Positions 30,180-40,301 of a stretch of DNA of 64,000 nucleotides are shown in pieces. Made by a program: the position numbers and the translations under genes. Every line of letters starts with the position of its first letter. Positions within the stretch are counted from its first letter, which is position 1. The notes beneath the pieces are model-generated. The model had not been told where the DNA came from. It made no database searches and saw only the letters and a program-made list of their open reading frames with translations. Origin of the DNA: Candidatus Saccharimonadaceae bacterium (GTDB lineage Bacteria; Patescibacteriota; Saccharimonadia; Saccharimonadales; Saccharimonadaceae); NCBI GenBank assembly GCA_031548885.1, contig JAVBQO010000004.1, forward strand, positions 32,544 to 96,543, given 5' to 3'.

Positions 30180-31955
30180 TTAGTTCAGCGCTCCAGTCTG
30201 CCGATTCCATAACTTCGCATAACTACCGTTTTTCGCAAGCAATTTTTTGTGCGAACCATCCTCGACGATTTCGCCGTGATCCAAAACGATAATTCGATCG
30301 AGTTCCGCAACGGTCGACAATCGGTGGGCGATGACGATCGACGTGCGGTTTTTCATCAATCGCTCCAATGCTTCCTGGATCAATTTTTCGCTTTCCGTGT
30401 CGAGCGCGGAGGTTGCTTCGTCCAAAACCAAAATTGGCGCGTTTTTCAAAATTGCGCGAGCAATTGCAATGCGTTGGCGCTGGCCGCCGGATAATTTGAC
30501 GCCGCGCTCGCCGCATAATGTGTCGAAGTCACCAGGCAGTTTCTCGATGAATTCCAGCGCGTTGGCTTGTCGCGCAGCTTCGCGAATTTCGTCGTCGGTT
30601 GCGTCAGGTCGACCATAGGCGATATTATCGCGCAAACTACGATGAAACAGCATCGGCTCTTGCGGCACGTAGGCGATTTGATTGCGCAAACTTTCTTGGG
30701 TCGCTTTCGTAATGTTTTGTCCGTCGATGTCGATTTCGCCTGCGTTCACATCGGCGAAACGCAGCAGCAATTTCGTCAGGGTAGTTTTGCCAGATCCGGA
30801 ACGGCCGACCAAACCAACACGCTGGCCGGCCGGAATTTTCAACGAAAAGTTGGTGAAAACTTTGTCGTTTTCGGTGGCGTCGGCGTGCCAAAATGTAATG
30901 TTACGAAAATTTACCTCGCCCGCCCCTGCTTTTATGTATGTTGCGTTTTTAACATCAGTTATTAAAACAGGTTCGTCCAAAATCTTTGTCATGGCTTCAG
31001 CGTCGCCGAATCCCCTGTTTAGATTTCTGAGAATCCGCGTGAAACCCCAAATTTGATTGATTAGTTGAAAGCTATATGTGATTGCCAGAACAAGGGTGCC
31101 GATTTGGACATGGAACCAGCCCTGGCCGCCGACTAACACGACGACCAAAATGATGTTAATCGCGACGATCAGGGCAGAAAAAAGCATATCGCGCAATGTT
31201 ACGGCACGAATAACTTTCTCGGAGATTTGACGTGATGTTGTGTTAAAGTTCGCAAACCGGCGACGCTCTAGTGATTCGCGCCCGTAACTTTTGACCGCAA
31301 CAACGTTGGAAATGCTGTCGGCTAATTGTCCCGACAATTTGTTTTGTGCAGCGGCTTCTTGTTTGTTGAGTTTACGAATTCGTGCAAAACTGAACCACGA
31401 AAGTGTCAAATACGCGACAGTCAAGATCGCTAGCGCTAACGAAAACAGTGGCAGCTGCGGTCCTAAAATTGCGAAAATAAAAATTAAACTGCTGATGAGC
31501 GGAATAATTTCATATGTCGACGAATCGGCCATGCGAACGTATGCACCGCTAAATTTATTGACTTGCGAAACCAACGAACCGCCAAAACGATTATTGTGAA
31601 AATGCATTGACTGCGAAACCAGCGTATTGAACGATTGCTTGTTGAGCGCGTAAACAATGCGCGCTTCCAGTTTCCATTCAAGATAAACCACCAAACGCCA
31701 AAACACTAACGTTCCAAGCGCAATTGATGCCACATAGGTAAGTACGTACGGCGCAAATTGCCCCCATAACTGATCGAGCGGGATCGTCTCGGCGGTTAGT
31801 TTGTTGATAATCTGCGAAATGATAAATGGACCAGCGTAAGTGTTGAAAAACACTGCGATCGGGATCAAAATAATCAGTGGTAACGATAACTTCCAATTTC
31901 GTCGCACTTCTCGCCAATAATAATGCAGTGTACGTTTGGCGGTTGATTGCGCCAT
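30180..31955 (-). CDS. ABC exporter, fused permease/ATPase (MsbA/multidrug type)
   Basis: Six-TM N-domain, Walker A GRSGSGKTT, signature LSGGQRQR, Walker B ILVLDEATSALD. Confidence 0.88.
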   Translation of the reverse strand: MAQSTAKRTLHYYWREVRRNWKLSLPLIILIPIAVFFNTYAGPFIISQIINKLTAETIPLDQLWGQFAPYVLTYVASIALGTLVFWRLVVYLEWKLEARIVYALNKQSFNTLVSQSMHFHNNRFGGSLVSQVNKFSGAYVRMADSSTYEIIPLISSLIFIFAILGPQLPLFSLALAILTVAYLTLSWFSFARIRKLNKQEAAAQNKLSGQLADSISNVVAVKSYGRESLERRRFANFNTTSRQISEKVIRAVTLRDMLFSALIVAINIILVVVLVGGQGWFHVQIGTLVLAITYSFQLINQIWGFTRILRNLNRGFGDAEAMTKILDEPVLITDVKNATYIKAGAGEVNFRNITFWHADATENDKVFTNFSLKIPAGQRVGLVGRSGSGKTTLTKLLLRFADVNAGEIDIDGQNITKATQESLRNQIAYVPQEPMLFHRSLRDNIAYGRPDATDDEIREAARQANALEFIEKLPGDFDTLCGERGVKLSGGQRQRIAIARAILKNAPILVLDEATSALDTESEKLIQEALERLMKNRTSIVIAHRLSTVAELDRIIVLDHGEIVEDGSHKKLLAKNGSYAKLWNRQTGALN

Positions 31956-32059
31956 AAAACCTCACCTTGATTAGAGTTTTCGTGATAGCGGACGATCTGT
32001 TATCCAGAGGATCGTCATATTGCGAACCATTCTACGCGCATTGTGATAAAATGTAAACA

Positions 32060-33010
32060 ATGAAAGAGGGGGTAATCAAACAGATTTCCGCTGCCGTGAT
32101 CGGTGCGGGTGCGTGGGGGAAAGTTTTCGCGCAGATTTTGATCGATTCTGGCTGGGCGGTTCATCTGTGGAGTCGCGAAGTTGGCGAAATTCAGGATTTG
32201 CCGTACGGCACGCTCGACATGCGAAAAGCAGTCGACGGCAAAGATCTGGTTGTTTTGGCTGTGCCGTGCGGCGCGTTCCGGTCGGTTTTGCCGGAATTGA
32301 AACAGTTCGATTTGACGAATACCGCGCTATTGTCGCTAGCAAAAGGCATCGAAACCGAAACGTTGAAACGCCCGAGCGAAATCGTGAAGGAAATTCTGGG
32401 CGAAGTAAATATCGCGGTTTTGTCGGGGCCGAATCTAGCGGCTGAACTTTTGCAGAAATTGCCTGCGATTAGCGTTGTTGGCAGCAAAAATCCGGAAATT
32501 GCCAAATTTCTGGCCGACCAGATTTCGAATAAGTATTTTCATGTTCGCGCCAGCGGCGACGTGGCGGGTTTGGAAATTGCCGGAACTTACAAAAATATTT
32601 TGGCGATCGCGATTGGTTTGGTGCGCGGCGCCGGCAAAGGCGAAAATTTGGCGGCAGCCGTGACGGTTGCCGGATTGAAAGAAATGCTTGGTTTGGCGCT
32701 GAAATCCGGCGGTCAAATCGCTACAATTTACGGTCCGGCTGGTATCGGCGATCTGGTGGCGACCAGCAGTTCCGGCTATTCGCGAAATTACTCGCTCGGC
32801 CGATTGATCGCGCAAAAAGATTCGGTTGAAAAAGCCATGGAAGCGGCGCATCAAACGATCGAAGGTGTGAAATCCACGGAGTCTATTGTGAAATTGGGCG
32901 AAACTTTGGACGTCAGAATGCCAATCGCGAAAATTATTGCCGACATGCTGGCCGGGAAATTGACGGCAAAGCGGGCGATTACGGCGATTGCGAAAACGGC
33001 TTTGAAGTGA
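32060..33010 (+). CDS. gpsA: NAD(P)H-dependent glycerol-3-phosphate dehydrogenase
   Basis: AVIGAGAWG Rossmann motif and SGPNLAAE, YKNILAIA and GIGDLVATS motifs. Confidence 0.88.
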   Translation: MKEGVIKQISAAVIGAGAWGKVFAQILIDSGWAVHLWSREVGEIQDLPYGTLDMRKAVDGKDLVVLAVPCGAFRSVLPELKQFDLTNTALLSLAKGIETETLKRPSEIVKEILGEVNIAVLSGPNLAAELLQKLPAISVVGSKNPEIAKFLADQISNKYFHVRASGDVAGLEIAGTYKNILAIAIGLVRGAGKGENLAAAVTVAGLKEMLGLALKSGGQIATIYGPAGIGDLVATSSSGYSRNYSLGRLIAQKDSVEKAMEAAHQTIEGVKSTESIVKLGETLDVRMPIAKIIADMLAGKLTAKRAITAIAKTALK

Positions 33011-33053
33011 TTCAGAATTTCGCATGATCTGCGAAGTGAACTATAATTAATGT

Positions 33054-34493
33054 GTGAACGCGAAACTTTCCGCGAAATTGAAAATGTTGCCGTCGTCATC
33101 CGGTGTCTATTTTCATAAATCCGCGAACGGTGAAATCATTTATGTCGGCAAAGCGGCGGTGCTAAAAAACCGCGTTCGCCAATATTTCCAAAGCAAGCGC
33201 GACATGGACGCGAAAACCTTGGCGTTGGTTGCCGAAATCGACGATACCGATTGGATCGAAACGGAAAGCGAAATCGACGCGCTGTTTCTGGAAAGCGAAA
33301 TGATCAAACGTTACATGCCGCGCTACAACATTTTGCTGCGCGACGACAAATCACAATTGTTCGTGCGAATCGACATGAAATCCGCTGTGCCGACCGTGAC
33401 GACGACGCGCAATCCGGCCGATGATAACGCGGAATATTTTGGTCCATTTTATAATGGATTCGCAGTCAAAAAATCGCTGCGATATTTGCGAAAAGCTTTT
33501 CCGTATTACACGAAACAAGTGCCGAAAAAACCGGATTTGGATTATCATTTGGGATTGACGCCGGGGATTGAGGCTGGCGCGAAAACGTCCGCAGAATATA
33601 AAAAAGATTTGCGAAAATTAATTCGATATTTACGCGGCGAGCGAAAAACGTTGCAACGCGAAATTCAAAATGATATGAAAATTGCAGCCGCGAATCACGA
33701 TTTTGAATCGGCGGCGCATTTTCGCAATCAACTGCGCGACATGTCGGAATTGCAACGTCAAATTGTTTTTGGTCGCGAAGAATTCCTCGATATTTCAAAA
33801 GACAAAGCGCTGGACGGTTTGCGAGAATTGCTGAATTTGGAGAAAATTCCGCGCCGTATCGAAGGTTACGATATTTCGCACATGAGCGGCACAAACAACG
33901 TCGCGTCGATGGTTGTGGCGACGAACGGCGTGGCGGACAAGCGCGAATATCGCAAGTTTCGGCTTTCCGATAAAAACGATGATTATGCGCATATGCGCGA
34001 AACAATTTTGCGTCGGCTAAAACATTTGAAGGATTGGGGGCGACCGGATTTGATCGTGATTGACGGCGGAATTGGGCAACTCGGCGCGGTGGCAGATTTG
34101 TTGAAAGCGGAGAATATTCCGTATATTGGGCGCAATAAATCGGGCGATCATTCGCGAAATGCGCGGATGCAAATTGTGATTCCCCAAAACGATGACGATT
34201 CTGAAAATTATCGTATGGTTGAACTTGCGAGCGACGATCATATTGCGAAATTGATTGCGCGGCTCGACGACGAAGCGCATCGGTTCGCGGTCAGTTATCA
34301 CACGACATTGAAACGCGCCGGGCAAACGAAAAATGCGTTGGAGGAAATTCCGGGGATTGGGCCGGAGACGCGTAAAAAACTTTTGCGAAAATTCGGCAGT
34401 TTGACGGGCGTGAAAAATGCTTCGCAAAGTGAAATCGCGCAAATTATTGGCGACGCAAAAGCGAGAATTATAAAACAACATTTGGGGGAATGA
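33054..34493 (+). CDS. uvrC: Excinuclease ABC subunit C (compact, 479 aa)
   Basis: GIY-YIG (GVYFHKSANGEIIYVGKA), UVR motif (FESAAHFRNQLRDM), RNase H-like endonuclease region (IEGYDISH) and C-terminal HhH (IPGIGPETRKKLL). Confidence 0.88.
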   Translation: MNAKLSAKLKMLPSSSGVYFHKSANGEIIYVGKAAVLKNRVRQYFQSKRDMDAKTLALVAEIDDTDWIETESEIDALFLESEMIKRYMPRYNILLRDDKSQLFVRIDMKSAVPTVTTTRNPADDNAEYFGPFYNGFAVKKSLRYLRKAFPYYTKQVPKKPDLDYHLGLTPGIEAGAKTSAEYKKDLRKLIRYLRGERKTLQREIQNDMKIAAANHDFESAAHFRNQLRDMSELQRQIVFGREEFLDISKDKALDGLRELLNLEKIPRRIEGYDISHMSGTNNVASMVVATNGVADKREYRKFRLSDKNDDYAHMRETILRRLKHLKDWGRPDLIVIDGGIGQLGAVADLLKAENIPYIGRNKSGDHSRNARMQIVIPQNDDDSENYRMVELASDDHIAKLIARLDDEAHRFAVSYHTTLKRAGQTKNALEEIPGIGPETRKKLLRKFGSLTGVKNASQSEIAQIIGDAKARIIKQHLGE

Positions 34494-34840
34494 TGAAAAA
34501 GATAACAGACGACTATGAAGTCAAAAATGACGATGACGCGACGAAATTATTTATTGAAGCGATAAAGTTTCGCGACGATCAAAAAAATATGTCGGCCGAT
34601 ATCGCACGTTACGTTTTTGCCCAAACGCAGCCTGCGAAAATCGGTTTTGAATTGCGAAAAGATCTGAGTGATTTGCGATATGAGTTCACGGCTCTTGAAG
34701 CCCCAGGCTGGCCGCCGGGGTGGCCGAATATGAATGAAATGTCACCAGAAAAGTACGATGATTTTTTGTGGGATAGGTTGCTAAATTTAGTGGTTCAGGC
34801 AAAAGAAAGAGGACAGTTTGGCGACGTGTCCAGGTCGTAA
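34490..34840 (+). CDS. Hypothetical protein
   Basis: 116-aa ORF with an ATGA overlap with uvrC. No recognisable family. Confidence 0.5.
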   Translation: MMKKITDDYEVKNDDDATKLFIEAIKFRDDQKNMSADIARYVFAQTQPAKIGFELRKDLSDLRYEFTALEAPGWPPGWPNMNEMSPEKYDDFLWDRLLNLVVQAKERGQFGDVSRS

Positions 34841-34843
34841 ATC

Positions 34844-35113
34844 TCAGTAGACGCCGCGCACGGCGAGCGACTCAAAGCTGAATCGATCGTCGATCATGAC
34901 GATGCCACCCTCACTCGCCGGCTTGCGCCAGTAGTGGATGTTGACACCGTCGTTCGACACGACGTGGCCGTGGCCGTAGCTGTCGGGGAGCATCGAGCCT
35001 CCGCAGAAGAACTCGAAGCGTTCGTTGCGGCCGGTCGCGCCTCGGACAACCTTGATCGGCTGTCCGTCGAAGTAGCCGTCCATAGCTACATTCCAATCTA
35101 CTCGAGAAACCAT
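34844..35113 (-). CDS. Hypothetical protein in a high-GC single-gene island
   Basis: 89-aa ORF. From the internal ATG at 35083 the codons are strongly GC3-rich, and a 60-nt sample I counted by hand is about 60% GC. TTGACA lies upstream on the minus strand. Confidence 0.5.
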   Translation of the reverse strand: MVSRVDWNVAMDGYFDGQPIKVVRGATGRNERFEFFCGGSMLPDSYGHGHVVSNDGVNIHYWRKPASEGGIVMIDDRFSFESLAVRGVY

Positions 35114-35169
35114 CGGGTTGATGGTGTAATATCGTTTATACCTTATATGTCAAGTATTATAATGGTTGT

Positions 35170-36345
35170 ATGAATCAAGATTTTTTCAAAAATAATCGTG
35201 CGAAACTTTGCGACAAATTGGACGACGTGCCAATAATTTTAACTGCGTTTTGCGAAATGCAGCGATCGAACGACGCGTCGTGGAAATTCGAACAAGACGC
35301 AGATTTTTGGTACATGAGCGGGATTGAAGCGGCCGATTGGCATTTGGTTATCAACGGCGGCGAATCGACGCTGATCGCGCCCGATATCGCAGAAGTTTCG
35401 CAAATTTTCAATGGCAGTCTGGACGCAATTTCAGCTGGAAAAATCAGCGGCGTCGATCAAATTATTAACGCAAAACAAGGCGCGGAATTGATTACAAAAC
35501 TTGCGAAAAAATCGTCGAAAATCTACACGATTTTGCCTGAAGATTACGATTTCGGATTTGCGAAAAATCCTTCGCAAAATAATTTGGTGAACGAATTGCG
35601 AAACGATTTTGACGAAATTGTCGATTGCCGCGCGGAAATTGCGAAACTTCGTGCGATCAAAACGCGCGAGGAAATCATGATGATGCGCCGCGCGATAAAC
35701 TTGACTGCCGCAACATTTTCGCAGGTCAAAAACGAGCTGCAAAATTACGTTTTCGAATACGAAGCGCAAGCCAAATTCAGTTACGAATTCGAAAAAGTTG
35801 GCGCGACGCACGCCTACGATCCGATCATCGCCAGCGGTGGAAATGCTGTGACATTGCACTACCACGAAAACCGTACCGGAATTGCGAAAAACGAATTGAT
35901 CCTGATGGACGTCGGTGCGCGGTACGGGAATTACTCGGCCGATATCACGCGAACGTACGCTGTCGGCGAAGTTTCGCAGCGTGCGAAAGGCGTGCATTTG
36001 GCAGTTTGCGAAGCTCAAACCGAGATCATAAATCTGATAAAACCAGGCGGCGATGTTCGCGAATATTTGGAAAAATCTGACGAAATTATGAAAAAATCGA
36101 TAGCGAAATTGGGATTAAAAGGCGATTTTCGCAAATTCTATCCGCATGCCATTTCGCACGGTTTGGGCATCGACGTGCACGATCCACTGGGTCGGCCAAA
36201 AACATTTCAGCCCGGCATGATTCTGACGGTTGAGCCGGGAATTTATATCGCGGATGAAAATATCGGCGTGCGTATCGAGGACGATATTTTGGTCACCGAA
36301 AACGGTTGCGAAAACTTATCCGGTCGACTGCCGCGTGATTTGTGA
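35170..36345 (+). CDS. Xaa-Pro aminopeptidase (M24B)
   Basis: M24 metal ligands DVGARYGNYSADITR, HGLGIDVHD, VEPGIY and IED. TATAAT lies 6 nt before the ATG. Confidence 0.85.
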   Translation: MNQDFFKNNRAKLCDKLDDVPIILTAFCEMQRSNDASWKFEQDADFWYMSGIEAADWHLVINGGESTLIAPDIAEVSQIFNGSLDAISAGKISGVDQIINAKQGAELITKLAKKSSKIYTILPEDYDFGFAKNPSQNNLVNELRNDFDEIVDCRAEIAKLRAIKTREEIMMMRRAINLTAATFSQVKNELQNYVFEYEAQAKFSYEFEKVGATHAYDPIIASGGNAVTLHYHENRTGIAKNELILMDVGARYGNYSADITRTYAVGEVSQRAKGVHLAVCEAQTEIINLIKPGGDVREYLEKSDEIMKKSIAKLGLKGDFRKFYPHAISHGLGIDVHDPLGRPKTFQPGMILTVEPGIYIADENIGVRIEDDILVTENGCENLSGRLPRDL

Positions 36346-36362
36346 TAAAATGGTAGCGATAT

Positions 36363-36746
36363 ATGGGTAAACAATTAGTTGCTTTTGTTATTCGCTGGCT
36401 GTTTTGTTCGCTAGGGCTGTGGATCGTAGTGCGTTTGTTCGGCACGATTGATGTGACGAATGTTGGCATGGCGATCGCGACGTTTTTGTTCGCCGGGCTG
36501 ATCTTTTCGCTGATCAACGCGGTATTAAAACCGATTTTGACGGTGCTGTCGTTGCCGTTCGTGGTTGTGACGCTCGGACTTTTCATGCTGATCGTGAACG
36601 GATTTTTGGTGTGGATTACGATCGTGATTGCGCCGAATCTGGATATGACGTTTGGCTGGGCGATTGTTAGCGGAATCGTCATGAGTTTGATAAACTATAT
36701 AATTAGTGGAATTCTAGAGCTTTCAACCAAAGAGGAGGCAAAGTAA
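36363..36746 (+). CDS. Phage holin family IV / YvlD (DUF360) membrane protein
   Basis: Four TM helices with the INAVLKPILTVLSLPFVVVTLGLF pattern. Confidence 0.7.
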   Translation: MGKQLVAFVIRWLFCSLGLWIVVRLFGTIDVTNVGMAIATFLFAGLIFSLINAVLKPILTVLSLPFVVVTLGLFMLIVNGFLVWITIVIAPNLDMTFGWAIVSGIVMSLINYIISGILELSTKEEAK

Positions 36747-36970
36747 TGGATATTGATACGGTTTTGTCGGTAATTACGGTGGTTTCGGCGGCACTGATGG
36801 TGTTGATGATTTTGCTGCAGTCGCGCGGTGCGACGTTGGGTGCTGGGTTTGGCGCGAGCGGCGAATTGTTCACGACTCGCCGTGGTTTGGAAAAAAACTT
36901 GTATGAAACGACGATCGTTTTGGCTGTGATTTTTGTTTTGAGCATTTTGGTCGGACTAATTATCGGCTAG
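36746..36970 (+). CDS. secG: Preprotein translocase subunit SecG
   Basis: 74 aa, two TM helices and the LLQSRGATLGAGFGASG motif. Confidence 0.8.
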   Translation: MDIDTVLSVITVVSAALMVLMILLQSRGATLGAGFGASGELFTTRRGLEKNLYETTIVLAVIFVLSILVGLIIG

Positions 36971-36974
36971 AAAA

Positions 36975-38771
36975 ATGAGCGAAAAATCAAACTGGAAACG
37001 GTTTATTCAGGTCAAGCCAAACAAAAAGGCGCTAGAACGTCGGGCCGCGAAAGCTGAAAAAGCCACGCTGCGCCACGCTCGAAAATTTTTGACCGGTCGC
37101 TGGGACAATTTGCGTGAAGCTCGCCGCGACGTGACGGCATGGTTATTGTTGGTGGCGGTGCTGATTGCCATCGGTGTTATGCAAATGATTTCGTATAGCA
37201 GCGGTTTTCAAACGACTGCGGCTGTTGGCGGCGGAACTTATGCAGAAGGTGTAACGAGCAAAATCGCCACCATCAATCCGCTGTACGCCGAAACTGAAGC
37301 TGAGCATGCGGCCAGCCGATTGGTGTACGACGGTTTGTTGACGTACGATTCGACGAATCATTTGCACGGCGATCTGGCGACGGCGTGGTCGGTCAGCGAA
37401 GACGGCAAAACGTATGACGTGTCACTAAGGAAGGACGTCAAATGGCAGGATGGCCAAGCGTTCGCGGCTGATGACGTAGTTTTCACGGTCAATATGATAA
37501 AAAACCCCAAAGCTGGTTCGGCGCTATACGATAGTTGGCGCACGATTTCGGTGGCGAAAATTTCTGATTCGCAGGTGCGATTCACTTTGCAGAACCCGTA
37601 TGCACCGTTTCCGCACGCGCTGACATTTGGTATTTTGCCGGCGCACGCGCTGACTGACGTGCCGGCCGAAACGATGCGGGAGCATGTCAGCGGCAATACG
37701 TATGTGACGGGAACTGGGCCGTTTTATTTGCGCAGCGTGCAGGCAACTGGAGGCGAGCAGTCGTCGTGGTCGTTTGGTGCCAATAGTGCGTATTTTGGCG
37801 GTGCGCCGCGTGTTTCGACGGTGCAGATGCGAACGTATGCGACTAGCGGCGATTTGACACAGGCTTTTACGAATGGCGAAATCAACGCTGCGGCCGGACC
37901 GATATTGGTTGATGCGTTGGCGACGCAGCAGAAAACTGCCGACACGCAATTGCAGCAAGCACCGTTGGACGACGGTGTTTTCGCGCTATTCAACATGAAT
38001 GGCGAGGCGACCAGCGATCAGAGCGTGCGTGAGGCGCTGCGGCTGGGACTGAATCGTGACGAGGTGCGAAAAGCGGTGGCGCTTGGCGACGGCGATTCAC
38101 CTGAGGAATTGAACGGGCCGATTGTGCCGGGACTTTTCGCATCTGTTGACGAATTGAAACAGCAGGCGTTTGACGAGGCGGCGGCTGCGAAAAAGTTGGA
38201 CGACGCTGGCTGGAAACTGAACAGCAGCGGCATGCGCGAAAAAGACGGCCAGAAGTTGCGACTTCATATTGTGACAGTGGCCGGCACGGACTACGAACCG
38301 GCGGCGAAAAACTTGGCTGAACAGTGGCAGAATTTGGGAATCGACGTTGATTTGGACGTGGCTAGTTCTGACAACGTGCAGCAAAATTATTTTATCCCGC
38401 GAAATTACGACGTGTTGGTGTATCAGTTGCAATTAGGCGCTGACGCTGACGTGTTTTCGTATTGGCATTCGTCGCAGGCTGTGGCGAGCGGGCTGAACTT
38501 TACGAATTACAAATCGGTATTGGTCGATGCGTCGCTGGTTAGCGGGCGGACGCGCATGTCGTCGGAGCTGCGCGAGGCGAAATATCAAACTTTCGTTGAA
38601 ACGTGGCTGGCGGACGTGCCGGCAATTGCGCTGTATCGTCCGAACTTTTATTATTTGCACACTGATAATGTGCGGTCGATCGACAATTCTCCGCTAGTGG
38701 ATGCGACGTATCGATTTGGTAACGTGGCGAATTGGACAGTGCGAACCGGCCAGGTGAATACGACGCCGTAG
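36975..38771 (+). CDS. ABC transporter substrate-binding protein, family 5 (peptide/nickel type), membrane-anchored
   Basis: N-terminal TM anchor, then SBP_bac_5-like sequence (LVYDGLLTYD, DVKWQDG, DDVVFT). Confidence 0.8.
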   Translation: MSEKSNWKRFIQVKPNKKALERRAAKAEKATLRHARKFLTGRWDNLREARRDVTAWLLLVAVLIAIGVMQMISYSSGFQTTAAVGGGTYAEGVTSKIATINPLYAETEAEHAASRLVYDGLLTYDSTNHLHGDLATAWSVSEDGKTYDVSLRKDVKWQDGQAFAADDVVFTVNMIKNPKAGSALYDSWRTISVAKISDSQVRFTLQNPYAPFPHALTFGILPAHALTDVPAETMREHVSGNTYVTGTGPFYLRSVQATGGEQSSWSFGANSAYFGGAPRVSTVQMRTYATSGDLTQAFTNGEINAAAGPILVDALATQQKTADTQLQQAPLDDGVFALFNMNGEATSDQSVREALRLGLNRDEVRKAVALGDGDSPEELNGPIVPGLFASVDELKQQAFDEAAAAKKLDDAGWKLNSSGMREKDGQKLRLHIVTVAGTDYEPAAKNLAEQWQNLGIDVDLDVASSDNVQQNYFIPRNYDVLVYQLQLGADADVFSYWHSSQAVASGLNFTNYKSVLVDASLVSGRTRMSSELREAKYQTFVETWLADVPAIALYRPNFYYLHTDNVRSIDNSPLVDATYRFGNVANWTVRTGQVNTTP

Positions 38772-39074
38772 CGATGTTGCAGAACAAGCTTGATAATAAA
38801 AAACTAAATTCTACAATGTAATCTGTGGATTACAAACAACAGAGCAATCAGGGTTGCTTGGTCGTCGGTCTGATGTATTTATTTGGAATCGAGCCGACGT
38901 GCCAAAAAGAGTAAGAGATTTTGAGTGAAGTTTTCGATTCGTGGCATATTCACTACCACTCCTGGCTTGAATTACGAGAGGCCAAAACTTACGCTTCAAT
39001 CAGTATCATTGCCGAAAAAGTGGCGGCAGTTATGAATTGATAGGGTATAATTGAAGTAACCATAAGGAGGGGTA

Positions 39075-40301
39075 ATGAGTTCTATCGATGCATTGATCGC
39101 TTCGTCACGACCGCTGGATGAGACTGATAAGATTGTAAAATTTTCGCGCACTCTGTATGGCCTATGCAGTGATTTGTATCAAAAAGAAGACAGAGGCGTA
39201 GCCCTTGCTGCCATATTCGACTTGGCGGTAACGGCGCAATACGTTGAGCGGCTCAGCAGCAACGGATGGCTTTATTGCAAGAATGCTACCGGAGATTCTG
39301 AGGAGCCTAAGCTATTCTATCCGTTTGTTAATGCTTGTCCTCGTTGCGCATTAAGAAATGTATTCTATTTCGCTCCGTCTCGTAAGCCAAGTTCGGCAAA
39401 CATTGGTCAAACAACCAGCCGAGTTCTCGCTACGTTTTTAGATGAACATGCAAAGCGCACAAGTAATGGTACGTGCAACGTCAAAGAGTTAGGCGGTGGC
39501 CGCATAGTTGACGCCGTAGCTGTCGAAGATGATAAAATTTGTCTTTTTGAAATAAAATCTGCGCCACTTATAACGTTCCCCATTGAGTCAAATACCGAAC
39601 TTATGACTACGACCTCGGACGACGGCGAAGAAGAGAGTCTCGACCACTACAACGTGACGCTGCCGGCAAGTTTTGCAAGCGATCTTTCGATGATTGTTTC
39701 CGAGTCACTTTCTATACCTATTGGACGACAAAATCAAAGCCAGGATTGGCCGTGTGCCGAACTCGTGGATTACCTATCTAATGAAGATGCACTCCGCAAT
39801 TATGTGGATGAATGGAAGAAAACCTACCTAAGGTATTCGGGTAAAATGCCGAAAGAAAAAACTTTTTGGCTGTCAAATGGCTGCGGGCAACCTCCTGTCT
39901 CGGTCGGATGGCCGGCACGCAGAAGTGGCTCTGGCTACGAATCGATTAGCGACGGCAAAAGCAGCGTTGGGCTCGATAGAACAGATGATATTAAAAAAGG
40001 AATTTATCAGGTTCTAAAAATAGGCACCCATTACAAGGAGTTCTCCGATCGGGGGAGTTACAAAGTTTACACTGCTTTGGCGTCCAATATTCACGCCGTA
40101 AAACATCACGAATCATACCTGAAGGAGTTCGAAGATATGATGTGGACGATAGATGCGCCTGATCGAACATATATCGTTGAACGTGGCGACCATGAGACGG
40201 TTATTGATACTGATGGTTTGTATAACTTGTACGATGGCTTAGTGACCTTTACTCGGGGGCATTATCGCGATGACTGGGTAAGAGAAAGGTTTAGTTTCTG
40301 A
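39075..40301 (+). CDS. Putative type II restriction endonuclease (PD-(D/E)xK)
   Basis: 408 aa. Candidate catalytic motif IVDAVAV...ICLFEIKS. AAGGAGGGG Shine-Dalgarno. 1-nt TGATG overlap with the methyltransferase gene. Confidence 0.55.
   Translation: MSSIDALIASSRPLDETDKIVKFSRTLYGLCSDLYQKEDRGVALAAIFDLAVTAQYVERLSSNGWLYCKNATGDSEEPKLFYPFVNACPRCALRNVFYFAPSRKPSSANIGQTTSRVLATFLDEHAKRTSNGTCNVKELGGGRIVDAVAVEDDKICLFEIKSAPLITFPIESNTELMTTTSDDGEEESLDHYNVTLPASFASDLSMIVSESLSIPIGRQNQSQDWPCAELVDYLSNEDALRNYVDEWKKTYLRYSGKMPKEKTFWLSNGCGQPPVSVGWPARRSGSGYESISDGKSSVGLDRTDDIKKGIYQVLKIGTHYKEFSDRGSYKVYTALASNIHAVKHHESYLKEFEDMMWTIDAPDRTYIVERGDHETVIDTDGLYNLYDGLVTFTRGHYRDDWVRERFSF

Noticed and set aside
38811-38999. 62-aa minus-strand ORF in the AT-rich left flank of the R-M island. 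I also looked for direct repeats of the tRNA-Leu 3' end there.
   Set aside because: The ORF has no RBS or promoter and a low-complexity product. Only a weak similarity (GGCTTGAATTACG versus GACTTGAACTTCC) exists, which is not enough to call an att repeat.
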